64,000 nucleotides of DNA. Source: Bugula neritina. Taxonomy: Eukaryota; Animalia; Bryozoa. Made by a program: the position numbers and the translations under genes. The notes beneath the pieces were generated by a model, which saw only the letters and a program-made list of their open reading frames with translations, had not been told where the DNA came from and ran no database searches. Location: contig OZ037765.1 in assembly GCA_964035545.1 (NCBI GenBank), forward strand, positions 19,716,995-19,780,994, given 5' to 3'. Within the stretch, counting starts at the first letter, position 1; every line of letters begins with the position of its first letter. Positions 14,244 to 25,676 of this stretch are shown one piece after another.

Positions 14244-15738
14244 AATATCTAATTGCTTCAAGTTATTGCTTAGTATATAATATTATTCATGTTGTCTGAA
14301 TGTCTATATATTTATACTTTATGTGTACTAATTCATTTGTCTATCACGAATTTGCAAGCTTTTAAAGAGATACATGAGCATTGGGGCAGCTAGTATAGCT
14401 GATGATTATATTATTAATCAAAATTCCGCTGCATAACTTATTGAAAAAATTATACTTACCCATATTGAATCTATATACAATATATATATTACATCATTAC
14501 TCTATCGTGAAATGTGCTGTTGCTTGCATTTAGAGACAATAAGAAATGCATATATTGTTACTACTCAAAATGAGGCCAGTAAAAATTGAAAATATAAATT
14601 TTACTGCAATTTCAGTTTAATTCATTTACAAGCATTAAGAACTTTATGAATGACACCCACAATTGCACACAATACTGTTATATAATATTGGGAGAACCAT
14701 GAGTCACAATTAAAAGAGCAGATAACCCTAAATACTAAGACATGTAAGGTTGTATGAATAATTGTAGTGTTTTTTGTAGTGTACTTTGCTTAGTCACTAT
14801 TGCTATTAAAAGCATTTGGTCTTGTAGATTGAATTATCAAAAACACTAGAGATCATAATAGCACTTTCAGTTTAATTGTAATATATCTAAAGTTTATGTA
14901 TTACATTATAGCCAGTCTATTTAACTAAATGGCACAGTATCTGTAATTTCTCCATAAATCAGGGTGTAAAATATGCTATATTCTATGCTTATATATTTTA
15001 CATATAAGCATGCTAGATACCATAGCCATAAGATGCTGAGACTATTTTCTGCTATAGTGCTTTCAAATTTCTACGAGTAGCCTACTGGCCAGGTTTCATA
15101 AATAAGTGAATTCAGTTTTTGTCAATTAAGTAGCCTTGGCGAGCTTATTTCTCAAAGCAATGCACCTTGGCAGCCAAAAGCATTTCGTATAGGGATATAA
15201 TGCGCAAAATCAATCAAGTGAGGCAACACGTTTCCATATATGACTTTCACCTTGCATTGTTTACAGGCATTGGCATTTTTCATATAGCATTAGGTTGTAA
15301 CTAGAAACTATTTTTGTAACCATATTAGTCTTGTTATTCCAAGTTTTATCAGGTGATTTCCAAAAACATGTATTCTTATATTAAAAAAGGTGAACACTAA
15401 TATTGCTACAAGTGTATAGCTTTTACCAGCTATTGAGTAAGACCTACAGTTACTCTTACAACTAGGGAATTCGAAAGCCCATTTAATTATTATTTATTAA
15501 CATATGTACTCCTTTATTGGATTTTTTGCTATTACATGTTACTTAATTAAAACAAGAAGCTTTAATTAACTAAATACAGTTGTTTTATTTTTGCGAATGA
15601 ATAGAAATCACACAAAATATTTAGAAACTGAAATTATCCTCACATATCAAGCTGAGAGAAATACGTTAATTGTTCAGAGAATCATCAAAACGGTCGTGTC
15701 CAGGTCAATGGTTGGCATGCAGCTAAGCATTTTGGTTG

Positions 15739-16137
15739 TCACTTTATAATACTTCCATTAAAACCAGGGTAAGAATTTTCTCCGGAAGGCCTTGGCCTTC
15801 TATTTTTACCCTTAGCTTCTGTTACCGAAGCTGCCAGGATAGACATACAATAATTAGATCATTCAACAACATTTTTATAGGCTTTAATGACGTTAGTTAT
15901 GTAATCAACTGCAAATATCATCATTATAACTATTTATACATAGCTTTTGCAAAAGACATATCTAGCAGATTAAAAGTTAATGAGAAAATATATTGCTGTT
16001 TTAATACTCACTGAAAACAAAACTTTTTATTTAAAAAAACACCTTTTTTTCTTCTATATAATATTGAATGTAAGTTTCAACTTACCAAATGCACTGAAGG
16101 CAATCATAGCAATCAAAGCAACAGTAAGAACCTTCAT
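15739..16137 (-). CDS. Small secreted cationic Arg/Pro-rich peptide precursor, copy 1 (47 aa; candidate antimicrobial peptide)
   Basis: Coding exons 16137-16086 (phase 1, GTAAGT donor) and 15830-15739 (CAG acceptor) give MKVLTVALIAMIAFSAFASVTEA-KGKNRRPRPSGENSYPGFNGSIIK*. Upstream acceptor TTTATAG at 16151; AATAAA at 15589-15584. Confidence 0.88.
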
Positions 16138-16794
16138 ATTGAATTTGTATCTATAAATAATCGTTTGTTATATAAGATTTTAATAAAATTGAATGCATAT
16201 AATTAGTGTGTATATTTTAAATATTTTTAAATTAATAATTTGCATACTGTTATATCTTTAAACATTTATTTTAATGTTTAATAGACAGTTTATTATCATA
16301 TCTAATATAAAAGTCCTTTCATAGACAAGTATGGGTTGCTGGGTGTTTAAAATGATTAATTATGAAATTATTATTATCTGAAGTAATATACAGTTCGATA
16401 TATTGTAGCGGGTCTAAAAACACTGCTACCTGCTATGAACCTCTAACTGTACTACAGAGTTCTAACTCAACTAAACCTATTAAACTTTTATTTGAACATT
16501 TTTTCTACCACAAATCTTGTTGAAAGCTTTATTTTCTTAACAATTTTCATGTCCTTATATGAAAAGAAATAAATATTTTATCAGTTTTGTTGATGTCTGA
16601 TTTCCATTTGAATAAGTGAAAAAAAGTTTCAAGTATGCTATTTGTAAAAATAATTTTGTTTTTGAGCAATATGAAGAAGTTAAAAAAAAAATATATATAA
16701 ATTTAACTATTATAAAAAAGGTAATCTATAGGCACATTTGCAAATATAGTCTAATCCTAGGTTCATAAAGTTTTATATTTTGAACAACACATAC

Positions 16795-16875
16795 CTGCGT
16801 CTGGCAATGCTCAGAGGATATAAACACTATTGCAGTGATTGAATACAGCCACAGCCTTAATATATTATTTTATAG
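16795..16875 (-). promoter_or_regulatory. TATA box and short non-coding first exon of peptide gene copy 1
   Basis: TATAAAA at 16874-16868, an initiator-like TTCAATC ~30 nt downstream, and exon end at CAG/GTATGT (16795). Equivalent donors at 33318 and 41975. Confidence 0.6.
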
Positions 16876-17590
16876 ACCATTTTTCAGACTTGAAATGTCA
16901 AGTAGTTGTTAGTTGATTGGTTAATAACTTTCAATAGCGTCTTAGAAACATACAATTATAATGATATGTTTGTTAATAATGATCAAGCCTCTCAACAAAA
17001 ATGATTGATAAATTTTCGGTAACTTGCTATGATAAAACCTTTTTAAGAGAGATAATAAAGCCGCACTAATAATTATATGGGAAACAATTGTGTTAACCAT
17101 TAAACCAGATTTACTATTGGATCAACTGTTTTTATTTTTCTATATCTATTCAATATAGTGGTCTTACAACTGTGCTGTTATGCTAAAGGTTTGACTACAC
17201 ACCAAAATCCAGTATAAAAATCCCAAAATATAGTGCAATAACTATAACGCATTTGCTAACCATGCAACCATGTTCTGATTTAAGTTGTGGCGTTCAAACA
17301 TAATTTAATTTAAAATTCAAAATTGAAATTTTAATTTAAAAACTCAGATAGGCGTTTGTTTTTTTCAAGTAGTCACAATTTAAGAAGTGCGTTTTCAAAT
17401 GTTCTTGTTACCTTAATCACAGCTGTACCATTTTATGCTTCTTGGGGTTAAAGTAGAAAAGTATCAGTCTTATAGTTTTGAAAAAATCATTAATGTATAA
17501 ATGGTTATCTTTTGAATAATGAAGAAACTTGCTTTAAATGTTCATAAAAAAATAATCTTGATTTTTTTTCAGCATTATATAATCTATACG

Positions 17591-17811
17591 GGGAGCAGCC
17601 GTGGTCTAGGGGTTAGAGCGTTTGCCTAGTAAACACAAAGGTCATGGGTTCGAGCCCAGACAAAGGCCATTGGTGATGTTAGGAAGAGCATCCAGTCATA
17701 ATTGCTCCTGTGCCTCATTTAGATAAGTCATTAGCCCGCTTGAACAAAAACCCTTTCTATCAGGGGTTTCTCACAGGGATAGTGACTATAAACTTGCGTG
17801 AGTTTTTTTTT
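17591..17811 (+). mobile_element. tRNA-derived SINE (Thr-AGT-like head), unit-1-specific insertion
   Basis: A box TGGTCTAGGGG, B box GGTTCGAGCC, CTAGTAA anticodon-like loop, T-rich tail, and an imperfect ~17-bp TSD (ATTATATAATCTATACG / ATTATATTATCCATTCG). Site is empty in units 2 and 3. Confidence 0.9.
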
Positions 17812-18174
17812 ATTATATTATCCATTCGATATTTCTGTGAGGTATGTTGTCTGAAAGCCTGAGAAAGAGATTGCCATAAGTACCAATTGTAAATTCAACA
17901 ACAACTTTTGAATCTATACATATATACATGGTTTTGTGAAGAACATAATTTAATAATCAAACAAATATAGAACAGTGAAATATCTGATTGCTGGAAAAAA
18001 GCTAGAAACTCATTACAATGACAATACATAATAGGTTATCAGAGTGTTCAAAGATAAAAGGTGCTTATATAAAAATTTAGAAAAGGGTAAAGAACTAAAA
18101 TTTGCTTGCTAAGTAAGTAAACACATTGTCCAGCAATAAAATACAGCACTATCGAACTAACTACATTTATATAT

Positions 18175-18481
18175 TGTTATGATTTTCAGAATTAGGGTTG
18201 ATATGCTATCCAGAGAGTCTGATTACTTGCTATAGAACTGCACCAGGATAAGTCGAGTGAACGAGTATATATTTTAAACACAATAATACATTACAAAAAC
18301 GATACAAATACATTTGACAATTTCACACATCTAAACTATTCAGCACTCTAACTTCGACTAACTAACAGCGAGAAACTACTACTGCTGCTAACTATCAAAA
18401 CCGCTAATTGGCTATCAATTGTTCCGGGTCAATTACGCGACCCTGTATACTGTGCTGCTGGTAGCTCCACGAGCCACCACA
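18175..18481 (-). repeat. Gypsy 3' LTR
   Basis: Direct repeat of 25370-25676; preceded on the minus strand by a G-rich PPT-like GGTGGGGGCGG. Confidence 0.96.
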
Positions 18482-18769
18482 CCGCCCCCACCAGCAGAAA
18501 GCCCTCTTTCTGATATAAAAAATATTTCTTCATTACCCACATACATCAGTAGACAAAATTGGAAAAAGACAATATATAAGATATACAATAACAGACAGAG
18601 TTATTATAACAGCAGGCTACATACAATTGGCCAGCTATAGAGGAGGAATACCGGCTAGCTGTGGTATTGGACAAAGAGTCGAACTGTCGAGCAGTCGAGC
18701 ATTTACACGATAGTCTTGGGTCTCCCAAGAGGACGAAGTTGTGGATTATTCCGGGCAACAGAACCAGAG

Positions 18770-19551
18770 TCAGTGTTGGGCACGCCGATGTTTGGCTTGG
18801 CATGTACGTAGCTTCCGTTTAATCCGACCCACCGATCCTTTTAGTTGGAAGAGCCCCGTCGTAGTATTAAGCAGATCCGGTGCTAACTGGGTAAATTCCT
18901 CTTGCAGGCGGAGGAGACGTTCCTCTACTGTGGCCAGGCGAGCAGGGTCTGGGGACGGTGTCCGTCTGCGGCGCAGAGGGGGACTGGGAGACCTGGTTCG
19001 ACTCTTCGTCGGGGTAGGGGAGACTTCTCCTTCTTCGGGATAGGAAAACTCTTCGGGGGTGTACGCGATCTGAGGGCGGTCAGATACCAATGGAGATTGT
19101 TGCCTGGCATAGTCTAGTACGCGCTGGAAACCTGAGGTCAGGACGGCTAACAGCATCGCCTTCTTTACTAGGGGTCGTATCAGAGTTAAAAATTCTGGAT
19201 AGAGTTTGGCATCCACCACGTAATTCTCTCCGGAGAAACAGCCCGTCGCTCGATGTCTGGTGACGGGGTAGGGATAGACATCATTGTATCCACAGGGGCA
19301 GAATGTGAGTAAGAGATGGGCGTTGACATGTAGCTTCAAGGAGCGGTGAGAGGCACACTCTTCGTCACAAATCTGGCACCGCGTCCGTCCTCTGGACCCC
19401 CAGGCCGTTTCTATCTGCTCCTCTGTTTCCGGCGACACCCACCGCCAACGGCGGCGCAGTGGCTCGGGCCGGTCACCATTGGCATACTCCTCAGGATGCG
19501 GAGCGGGAAGTGCTCTATCCCGTACCCTGGTTGTAACGGGTCGAGTGTAAT
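18770..19551 (-). CDS. Gypsy accessory ORF3: zinc-finger / RS-P-rich / coiled-coil protein, probably spliced to the first 14 gag codons (274 aa)
   Basis: Intact ORF with no ATG near its 5' end. Motifs CQIC-x12-H-x3-H and CPC-x12-H-x4-C, RSPSPPLRRRRTPSP, and a heptad-like C-terminus. TACTAAC branch point (19577-19571) plus TTTTTCAG acceptor, in phase with a gag donor at 25294. Confidence 0.8.
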
Positions 19552-19865
19552 CTGAAAAAGTTTCAACAGTGTTAGTATAATACACTGCCGTGTTGTCAGC
19601 TTGAACAGCCTGGCAACTTCTCGTTCAGTTACCTCGTAGAGATTTATGGTAGTGAATAGTCAGATAGAACACGTATTGCAATGAGATTATAAAATCTCTA
19701 AGTCAAACTGAGTTCTTACTACGGTAGTTCACTAACCTATCTCCAGCTCAATTGACTCAGTGAGTCGGAGCTGAGCGATGCAATCTAGTTTCCATATTAA
19801 GATATAGTTAACTCACCCCACGATCTGTTGTCGTAAGACATACTTAATTTGTGAAATGGTTTGAA

Positions 19866-22800
19866 CTACTGCTTAGAAACACGTCTACTCTTGACTGCAT
19901 CAGCGTATGAAAAGATTGAGCAACGTGGTTGGGGTGCGTGATTAAGACTTTGTGCACCCGGCGGATGAATTTTGTTTCTATTTCCGCCGATACAAAAGTT
20001 GATATTTTCGTGGTGTTGACAACTCCCACATTTGCTCGATACTTTTCTCGTACGGTTTTCCCCTAGACTTTCATACGCGCCGCTTTTAACGCAGTCGCAT
20101 ACGAAGTCCTTCAAATATGCGGGGGGTTGCCTCGTACGCTGTCCCCTTTCTAGGGGGGGTGACACGCTCGCCGGTTCATTAGCAGGGGCCTCTAATGGCA
20201 TCTCTACTTCACCGTTGGCGGTCACTTCTTCTTGTTCTCCGGATGGAGCCCCTCCCTCCATGGGGTTTTGCACTTCCGGAACCGGCTCGGTTTCTGGAAG
20301 TGATGGAATTAGACTTGGCGGCGGCGGACACGCTTCTGCTGGCAAAAGCTGTCGCTCTTCCCTCGCCAAGTCTTTCTCCCGCGGTATGACCACTTCATAT
20401 TCTGGTCCATGCCGCCGTCGCCCGCGTGTTGTCTGCCTCCTGGGCTCCAACAACGGGGGGGCTTCTCCCACTGCGTTGGGGCTAGCCCAATACGGCTTCA
20501 AGCGAGACTCATTCTGGATAGACACCTGTCCTGAGCGCTCAATCTTGTATGTATGGTTGGGCATAGCCTCGACGATCACGTAGGGTCCCACGAACTTAGG
20601 CTGTAACTTAGCCGCCTGTCCGCGACGCCTACGGTAATTGACCATCCACACCTTATCCCCCGTTTGGTAGAGGGGTGGTTCCTCGGAATCTTCGTGTCGC
20701 ACCTTCCACTGCTGTTCGCGCAGTATATCGTGTGCGGCCTTCATCCGTTCCACTAGTTCGCTGGCATACTCGTGAATCGAGTTGCCTAGCTCTGGAACGT
20801 GGTAGGTGATATGGTCAGGGACACGGGTCTCTCTCCCGAGCATCAAGAGGTTTGGGGTCTCACCAGTACTGGTATGTGGGGTGCTACGGTATGCACGCAT
20901 GACCTGCGGCAACACCGTGTCCCATTCCTCTTGACTGCGTCCAAAGAGGAGACTCCGGAGCGCATCACCTAGCATCCGGTTGTTGCGCTCCACCACCCCA
21001 TTACCTTGTGGGTGATAGGGGGTGGTCCTGCTCTGATTTACTCCCCAGAGGCGGCAAAAGTCGCTCATCAGTTGAGACTGGAATTGAGCGCCTTGATCAG
21101 AGTGTATCTGTTCGGGGAGACCGAAATAGCAGAATACATGTTGGTCTAGTACCCTGGCCACTGTTGGGGCTGACGCATCTGGAATAGCCAGAGCATCCGC
21201 CCACCTAGTAAAGTGGTCGGTCAGTACTAAGACCCAACTATTGCCTCTGGGGGTCAGGGGCATGGGTCCGACCAGGTCAACAGCTACCACTTGCCACGGC
21301 CTGCCAGCATATAGCCTTCGCCGTCCCGCTTCACCAGGGAGACGGCCATGCTTGCTGGCCTGGCAGATTTCGCACTGCTTTACTCTGAGCCGGACATCCC
21401 GCCCCATTTTGGGCCAATACCACCGGAGTTGCAATTTGGAGATCACTCTCTTGACCCCTGCGTGGGCCTGTTTGTGAGTGTCCCAGATTAACTCACGGCG
21501 TATGGCACTGGGGCAGACCACCCTTTTCCTCTCCGGGTGTCTGCCGTTGGCAGCTAGAGAGATGGTCAATAGACCATCCTGCCTGATCCTCAGCGAGTCC
21601 CAACGCTGGCAGAATAGCCGGAACTCGGCGCATCCCTGCCGTATGCATTCCTCGCTGGGTCGTCGCCTGTCCCTTTTGGCTCGATATATGTCTGCCACTA
21701 CCCCAGGCAACTCCTCTTGGAGCTTCTTCAGCTCCTGGACATTATCGGCCAGTACAGGATTGGCGCGGAGGTTCTGTACACCCTCCGGGGACTCGCCAAC
21801 CTCCTGCCTGAGTTGACCCTGGTCCCAGTCAAACGGTGCTCCGTGGTGAGCCAATGTCTCTAACTCGCATCGCGGGGGACCTCCATCCCTCCTCTCGATG
21901 TTGAGACACTGTTTGCAACCTCCATCAGGTCGGCGGCTCAAACCATCCGCATTGCTGTGTCTCTTGCCCGGTCGATGTTCGATCCGGTACGAGAATTCAG
22001 CTAGGATTTCGAGCCACCGGGCGACCTGACTAGAGGGCTCTGCTCTCTTGCACAACCAGATCAGCGAGGCATGATCCGTATGCAGCCGGAACTTCCTGCC
22101 GTATAAGTATGGTCTGAAGTGCTTCACTGACTTGATTACTGCCAGCAGCTCCTTGCGGGTAGTGCAGTAATTTCGTTCAGTGGGTGAGAGAGACTTGCTG
22201 TAGTAGGCTACTACTACCTCTCGGCCTTCCTGCACTTGAGACAGCACAGCGCCAACATTTTGGTCACTGGCGTCAGTGTCGAGGATGTACTCCAGAGTGG
22301 GGTCTGGGTAGGCCAAGATGGGCGCCGTTAGTAGGCAGCCCTTGAGGCGGTCGAACGCTCCTTGTTCGACTGGGGTCCACTGCCACGTCACTCCCTTTGC
22401 GGTGAGCCGGTTTAGCGGCTGTGCTATGCCCGCAAAGTCTGGTATGTATTGCCTGTAATACCCTACCAGCCCCAAGAAAGCCCGAAGTCCGGTCAAGTCT
22501 TGGGGGGTGACCCAGTCTTCTACTGCCCGTACCTTTTCGGGATCCGTTGCCACGCCGTTTCGACCGACAACGTGTCCCAGGTACTTGACCTCCGGCTGCA
22601 ATAGAGCGCACTTGGAAGGTTTGAGCTTAAGACCGGCACCTCGGAGTCTCTCGAAGACCTCCCGCAGACGACTGACGTGCGTCTCGAAGTCTGGGGAGAT
22701 CACGATGACATCATCGAGGTAGATCAGCAGTGTCTTCCAATGGAGCCCGCTGAGGACTTGCTCCATCAGCCTCTGGAAGGTGGCTGGGGCGGAGGTTAAC

Positions 22801-24434
22801 CCGAAGGGCAACACCTTCCACTTCCACAAACCGTCCCGTGTGATAAACGCCGCTTTCTCCTGGGCGTCGGGACTCAGAGGAACTTGCCAATAGCCACTCA
22901 GCAAGTCTAATGTGCTGAAGTACTTGCTGCCGGCTAGGGCGTCCAATGACTCGTCAATACGAGGTAGAGAGTAGGCGTCCTGTATGGTTACGCTATTGAG
23001 TTTGCGGTAATCCACACAGAACCGCCAACTGCCGTCTTTCTTCCGGACCAGTACGACCGGCGAGCTCCACGCACTATGGGCGGGCTCTATGAGGCCGCGG
23101 TCCAGAAGATCTCGTACTTGTCGGCTAACCTCCTTCTCTTTTTCCGGCCCCAGCCTGCGTGTGGGTTGCCGGACAGGGACTGTCCCTGCAGTCAGCGGTA
23201 TTTCGTGTCTGACAACTCCAGTCAGCCCCACGTCATGATCTCCGCTGCTGAACACATCAGCGTAGTCGCGTAGCAACTTCGCCATAGCTTGGCGTTCTTT
23301 GTTGCTCGCGCAGCCGCCACAGGCTGTGTCATACAACTCCCGGAGATGTGCTGGGACTGTCCCTCGCCTTTGCGTAGGGCACCGAGGGAATGCCTCCGTC
23401 GCATCACCCAGCGACGGGCCCACGTCCTCCTCTTGAACAGAGTGAAAACGGCCCAGCATAGACCCAGCCGGAAGCTTGACAGACTCGGTAAAGGGGTTGA
23501 CGCACTGCACTAAGATCTCCCCTTGCTCAGTCAGCTGATTCAGACTGCTGGCAAGTTGGATCCTTTCGTGCGCGCCTTCAACTACCCCGAGTCCAGAGAT
23601 CCGGCTATTGTTCACCCTGCAGTGAATGGTAGCCCGGGAGCGGCCTGGTATGGTACAGTTGCGTACCACCTGCACACCTCTCACTAAAGGGCGGCCGAAC
23701 TTGTCGACGCAGGCGAGTTCTCGCCCGGACATCACCATCGCAGATTTACTAAAATCGATGTGACATCCGTGCCGTTTTAGGAATGGCATCCCGAGGATGG
23801 CGTCCTCCTTGAGCTGACTGACGATAAACGTCTCTTGGATCGTTTGATCATGGACTCATCCCGTCAGCTCAATTATACCATAGAAGGGAAGGCATGACCC
23901 GTCAGCTAGGGTGCCATACTCCCCCTCGTATGGTTCCATCTCGCCCCTGACCCTAGCACTGAGGGTGTCGAAAAGTTGGCGGCTTAAGAGGTTCGTGGTA
24001 CAGCCCGAATCAATGAGGAAAGTAACAGCTTTGCCCTCCAGTTTACCGGGCAAGAAATAGCTGTTCCCATGGGGCTGTACCTGAACTCTCTCTTCAGGCC
24101 TTACTCTCGCAGGGAGTACCTCCCTCGCTTTGGGTCGCGAAGGAGGTCTCTTGGGATGGTGGTAAGTGGGCCTCGGAGGTGCCGAGGCTAGATTTCCGGC
24201 TACCTTTGTTGGCTCCCATCCAGATTCTTGGGCTGGTAGCCCTTCGAATCGATTGTGGAGGGGCATGGAAAAGGTAGCGGCGGGGCGGATCCCCTTGCTG
24301 GTCCGTCGCGGCTGTTGCCACTGTTGGTTGCCAGTACGCGGTACCCGTCTGGGTGACCTGTGTTTCTTCTTCTCTGGAGGTTTCATCGTCGGCCCGCAGG
24401 AGGTGGGAACATCTGCGGGCCGCGGTAGTTTAAC
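19866..24434 (-). CDS. pol: Gypsy Pol polyprotein (protease-RT-RNase H-integrase), interrupted by one in-frame TGA at 23858-23856
   Basis: Protease LIDSG; RT LPFGL..AP and YLDD; RNase H TDAS; integrase HHCC, DDE (DLVGP, HSDQG, ERNNR) and GPY motif. ORFs 23856..24494 and 19866..23789 are in the same frame. Confidence 0.95.
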
Positions 24435-25336
24435 CCCGGAGTTAGGAAGGGACAGTACCTGCGAAAATGTCCTTGATTTCCGCATTCCCAGCAAAAACTG
24501 ACCGTTTCCCCCGGTGGCGGCGCCGGTGGCCGTACGGGCTCAGCGGCGGTACCTACTGGGGTTTGGGGTGTCAGTGTTGCTATCAGTTTGGCCAGCATGT
24601 CTGTCAGTTGAGTGACTTTCGATGCTGTCGCTAACTGAGCCACAGCAGCCGTGGCGGAGGTTTCCTCCTCTCGTCCCGCTGCCGTGTCCGCGCGGTCTAC
24701 CTCCACTTGACGGGAGCTCCCGCGACTTTTATGCATTTGATTTGCTAGGAGGTAAGCTTTCCCCTCTGTAAGAGCATCCTCAACGGTGGTGACTCCCCTA
24801 GCTAAAAACTGGTGGTGGAGACCCAGATCGTCGACAGATGCTATGAAAGCGTCGAGGGTATACCTCTCGCGGTTGACTGGGGGCAAGTCGCTGTATGCGA
24901 TCTGTGCCAGCTTCATGACCGCGGCGGCATGTTCCCGCAACGGGGTGCGGGGATCACGCCGCAACCTCTGCAATCGGGCCCGGGCATCTGTAGCAGAGAG
25001 GCCGAAGCGGGCCCGCAGAGAAGCAAAGATATTATCGATGTCTACGCCCAGCCCATAAGGCTTGGCTTTGTCCATCAATGCCATTCTAAGCTTCAGCAGG
25101 GCCACCCTAGGGGGCCACTGGGCGACGTCCATTGCGTCGCTAAACTCTTGGATGAATTGCTCCACCTCCTCTTCGCCCGTGAAGGTGGGCGCCTTTAACC
25201 GGTAGCGGTCTTCAGTTAGTTCTCGCGGAACCCTTCGCTCTTCTACTACATGGTTAACAGGCATTGTCTCTACAGCATTGTCTCTAGGCTCACCTTCTAC
25301 TCCCGGTGGTTGCATTCCAGCATTTTCAGTCTCCAT
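24383..25336 (-). CDS. gag: Gypsy Gag (317 aa)
   Basis: Begins just after the PBS; capsid-like PTFTGEEEVEQFIQEF and CCHC knuckle CWECGNQGHFRRYC. Confidence 0.93.
   Translation of the reverse strand: METENAGMQPPGVEGEPRDNAVETMPVNHVVEERRVPRELTEDRYRLKAPTFTGEEEVEQFIQEFSDAMDVAQWPPRVALLKLRMALMDKAKPYGLGVDIDNIFASLRARFGLSATDARARLQRLRRDPRTPLREHAAAVMKLAQIAYSDLPPVNRERYTLDAFIASVDDLGLHHQFLARGVTTVEDALTEGKAYLLANQMHKSRGSSRQVEVDRADTAAGREEETSATAAVAQLATASKVTQLTDMLAKLIATLTPQTPVGTAAEPVRPPAPPPGETVSFCWECGNQGHFRRYCPFLTPGLNYRGPQMFPPPAGRR
24390..24434 (-). promoter_or_regulatory. Candidate -1 ribosomal frameshift signal (gag-pol)
   Basis: G_TTA_AAC in the gag frame, a 5-nt spacer, then a perfect 10-bp GC-rich stem CGGCCCGCAG/CTGCGGGCCG with a 13-nt loop. 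pol is in the -1 frame. Confidence 0.75.
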
Positions 25337-25350
25337 CTTGGATGTGCACT

Positions 25351-25368
25351 ATCCCACTGCTGCCACCA
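25351..25368 (-). promoter_or_regulatory. Primer binding site, tRNA-Leu type
   Basis: TGGTGGCAGCAGTGGGAT lies 1 nt from the 5' LTR and is complementary to a tRNA-Leu-like 3' end (ATCCCAC.GCTGCCACCA). Confidence 0.85.
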
Positions 25369-25369
25369 C

Positions 25370-25676
25370 TGTTATGATTTTCAGAATTAGGGTTGATATG
25401 CTATCCAGAGAGTCTGATTACTTGCTATAGAACTGCACCAGGATAAGTCGAGTGAACGAGTATATATTTTAAACACAATAATACATTACAAAAACGATAC
25501 AAATACATTTGACAATTTCACACATCTAAACTATTCAGCACTCTAACTTCAACTAACTAACAGCGGGAAACTACTACTGCTGCTAACTATCAAAACCGCT
25601 AATTGGCTATCAATTGTTCTGGGTCAATTACGCGACCCTGTATACTGTGCTGCTGGTAGCTCCACGAGCCACCACA
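25370..25676 (-). repeat. Gypsy 5' LTR
   Basis: Direct repeat of 18175-18481, followed on the minus strand by the PBS. Confidence 0.96.

Larger units (their letters stand above)
18175..25676 (-). mobile_element. Full-length Ty3/Gypsy LTR retrotransposon
   Basis: 307-bp TG...CA LTRs with 3 mismatches; 4-bp TSD ATAT (empty site TTTATATATTGCATT in units 2 and 3); PBS, gag, PR-RT-RH-INT domain order and an extra 3' ORF. GC-rich relative to the host. Confidence 0.98.

Noticed and set aside
15739-15830. Neuropeptide precursor interpretation
   Set aside because: The only internal dibasic site (RR) is followed by Pro, there is no amidation G-K/R signal or repeated peptide, and rapid non-synonymous divergence is atypical. 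Disfavoured, not excluded.
15736-16014. Plus-strand ORF repeated at 32255 and 40901
   Set aside because: Non-ATG start, variable length, and antisense to the spliced peptide gene, which has proper signals and a conserved frame.
17591-17670. tRNA gene
   Set aside because: A/B boxes are present but there is no acceptor-stem pairing, and it continues into a repeated body with TSDs; it is a SINE head.
18770-19585. ORF3 as an envelope gene
   Set aside because: No signal peptide or transmembrane helix; it has zinc-finger and basic nuclear features instead.
23856-23858. Programmed readthrough or selenocysteine at the pol TGA
   Set aside because: It lies mid-protease in a non-readthrough context; a single CGA>TGA mutation is simpler.
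20032-25198. Many antisense/alternative-frame ORFs inside the Gypsy element
   Set aside because: Expected in GC-rich coding sequence; no recognisable motifs.
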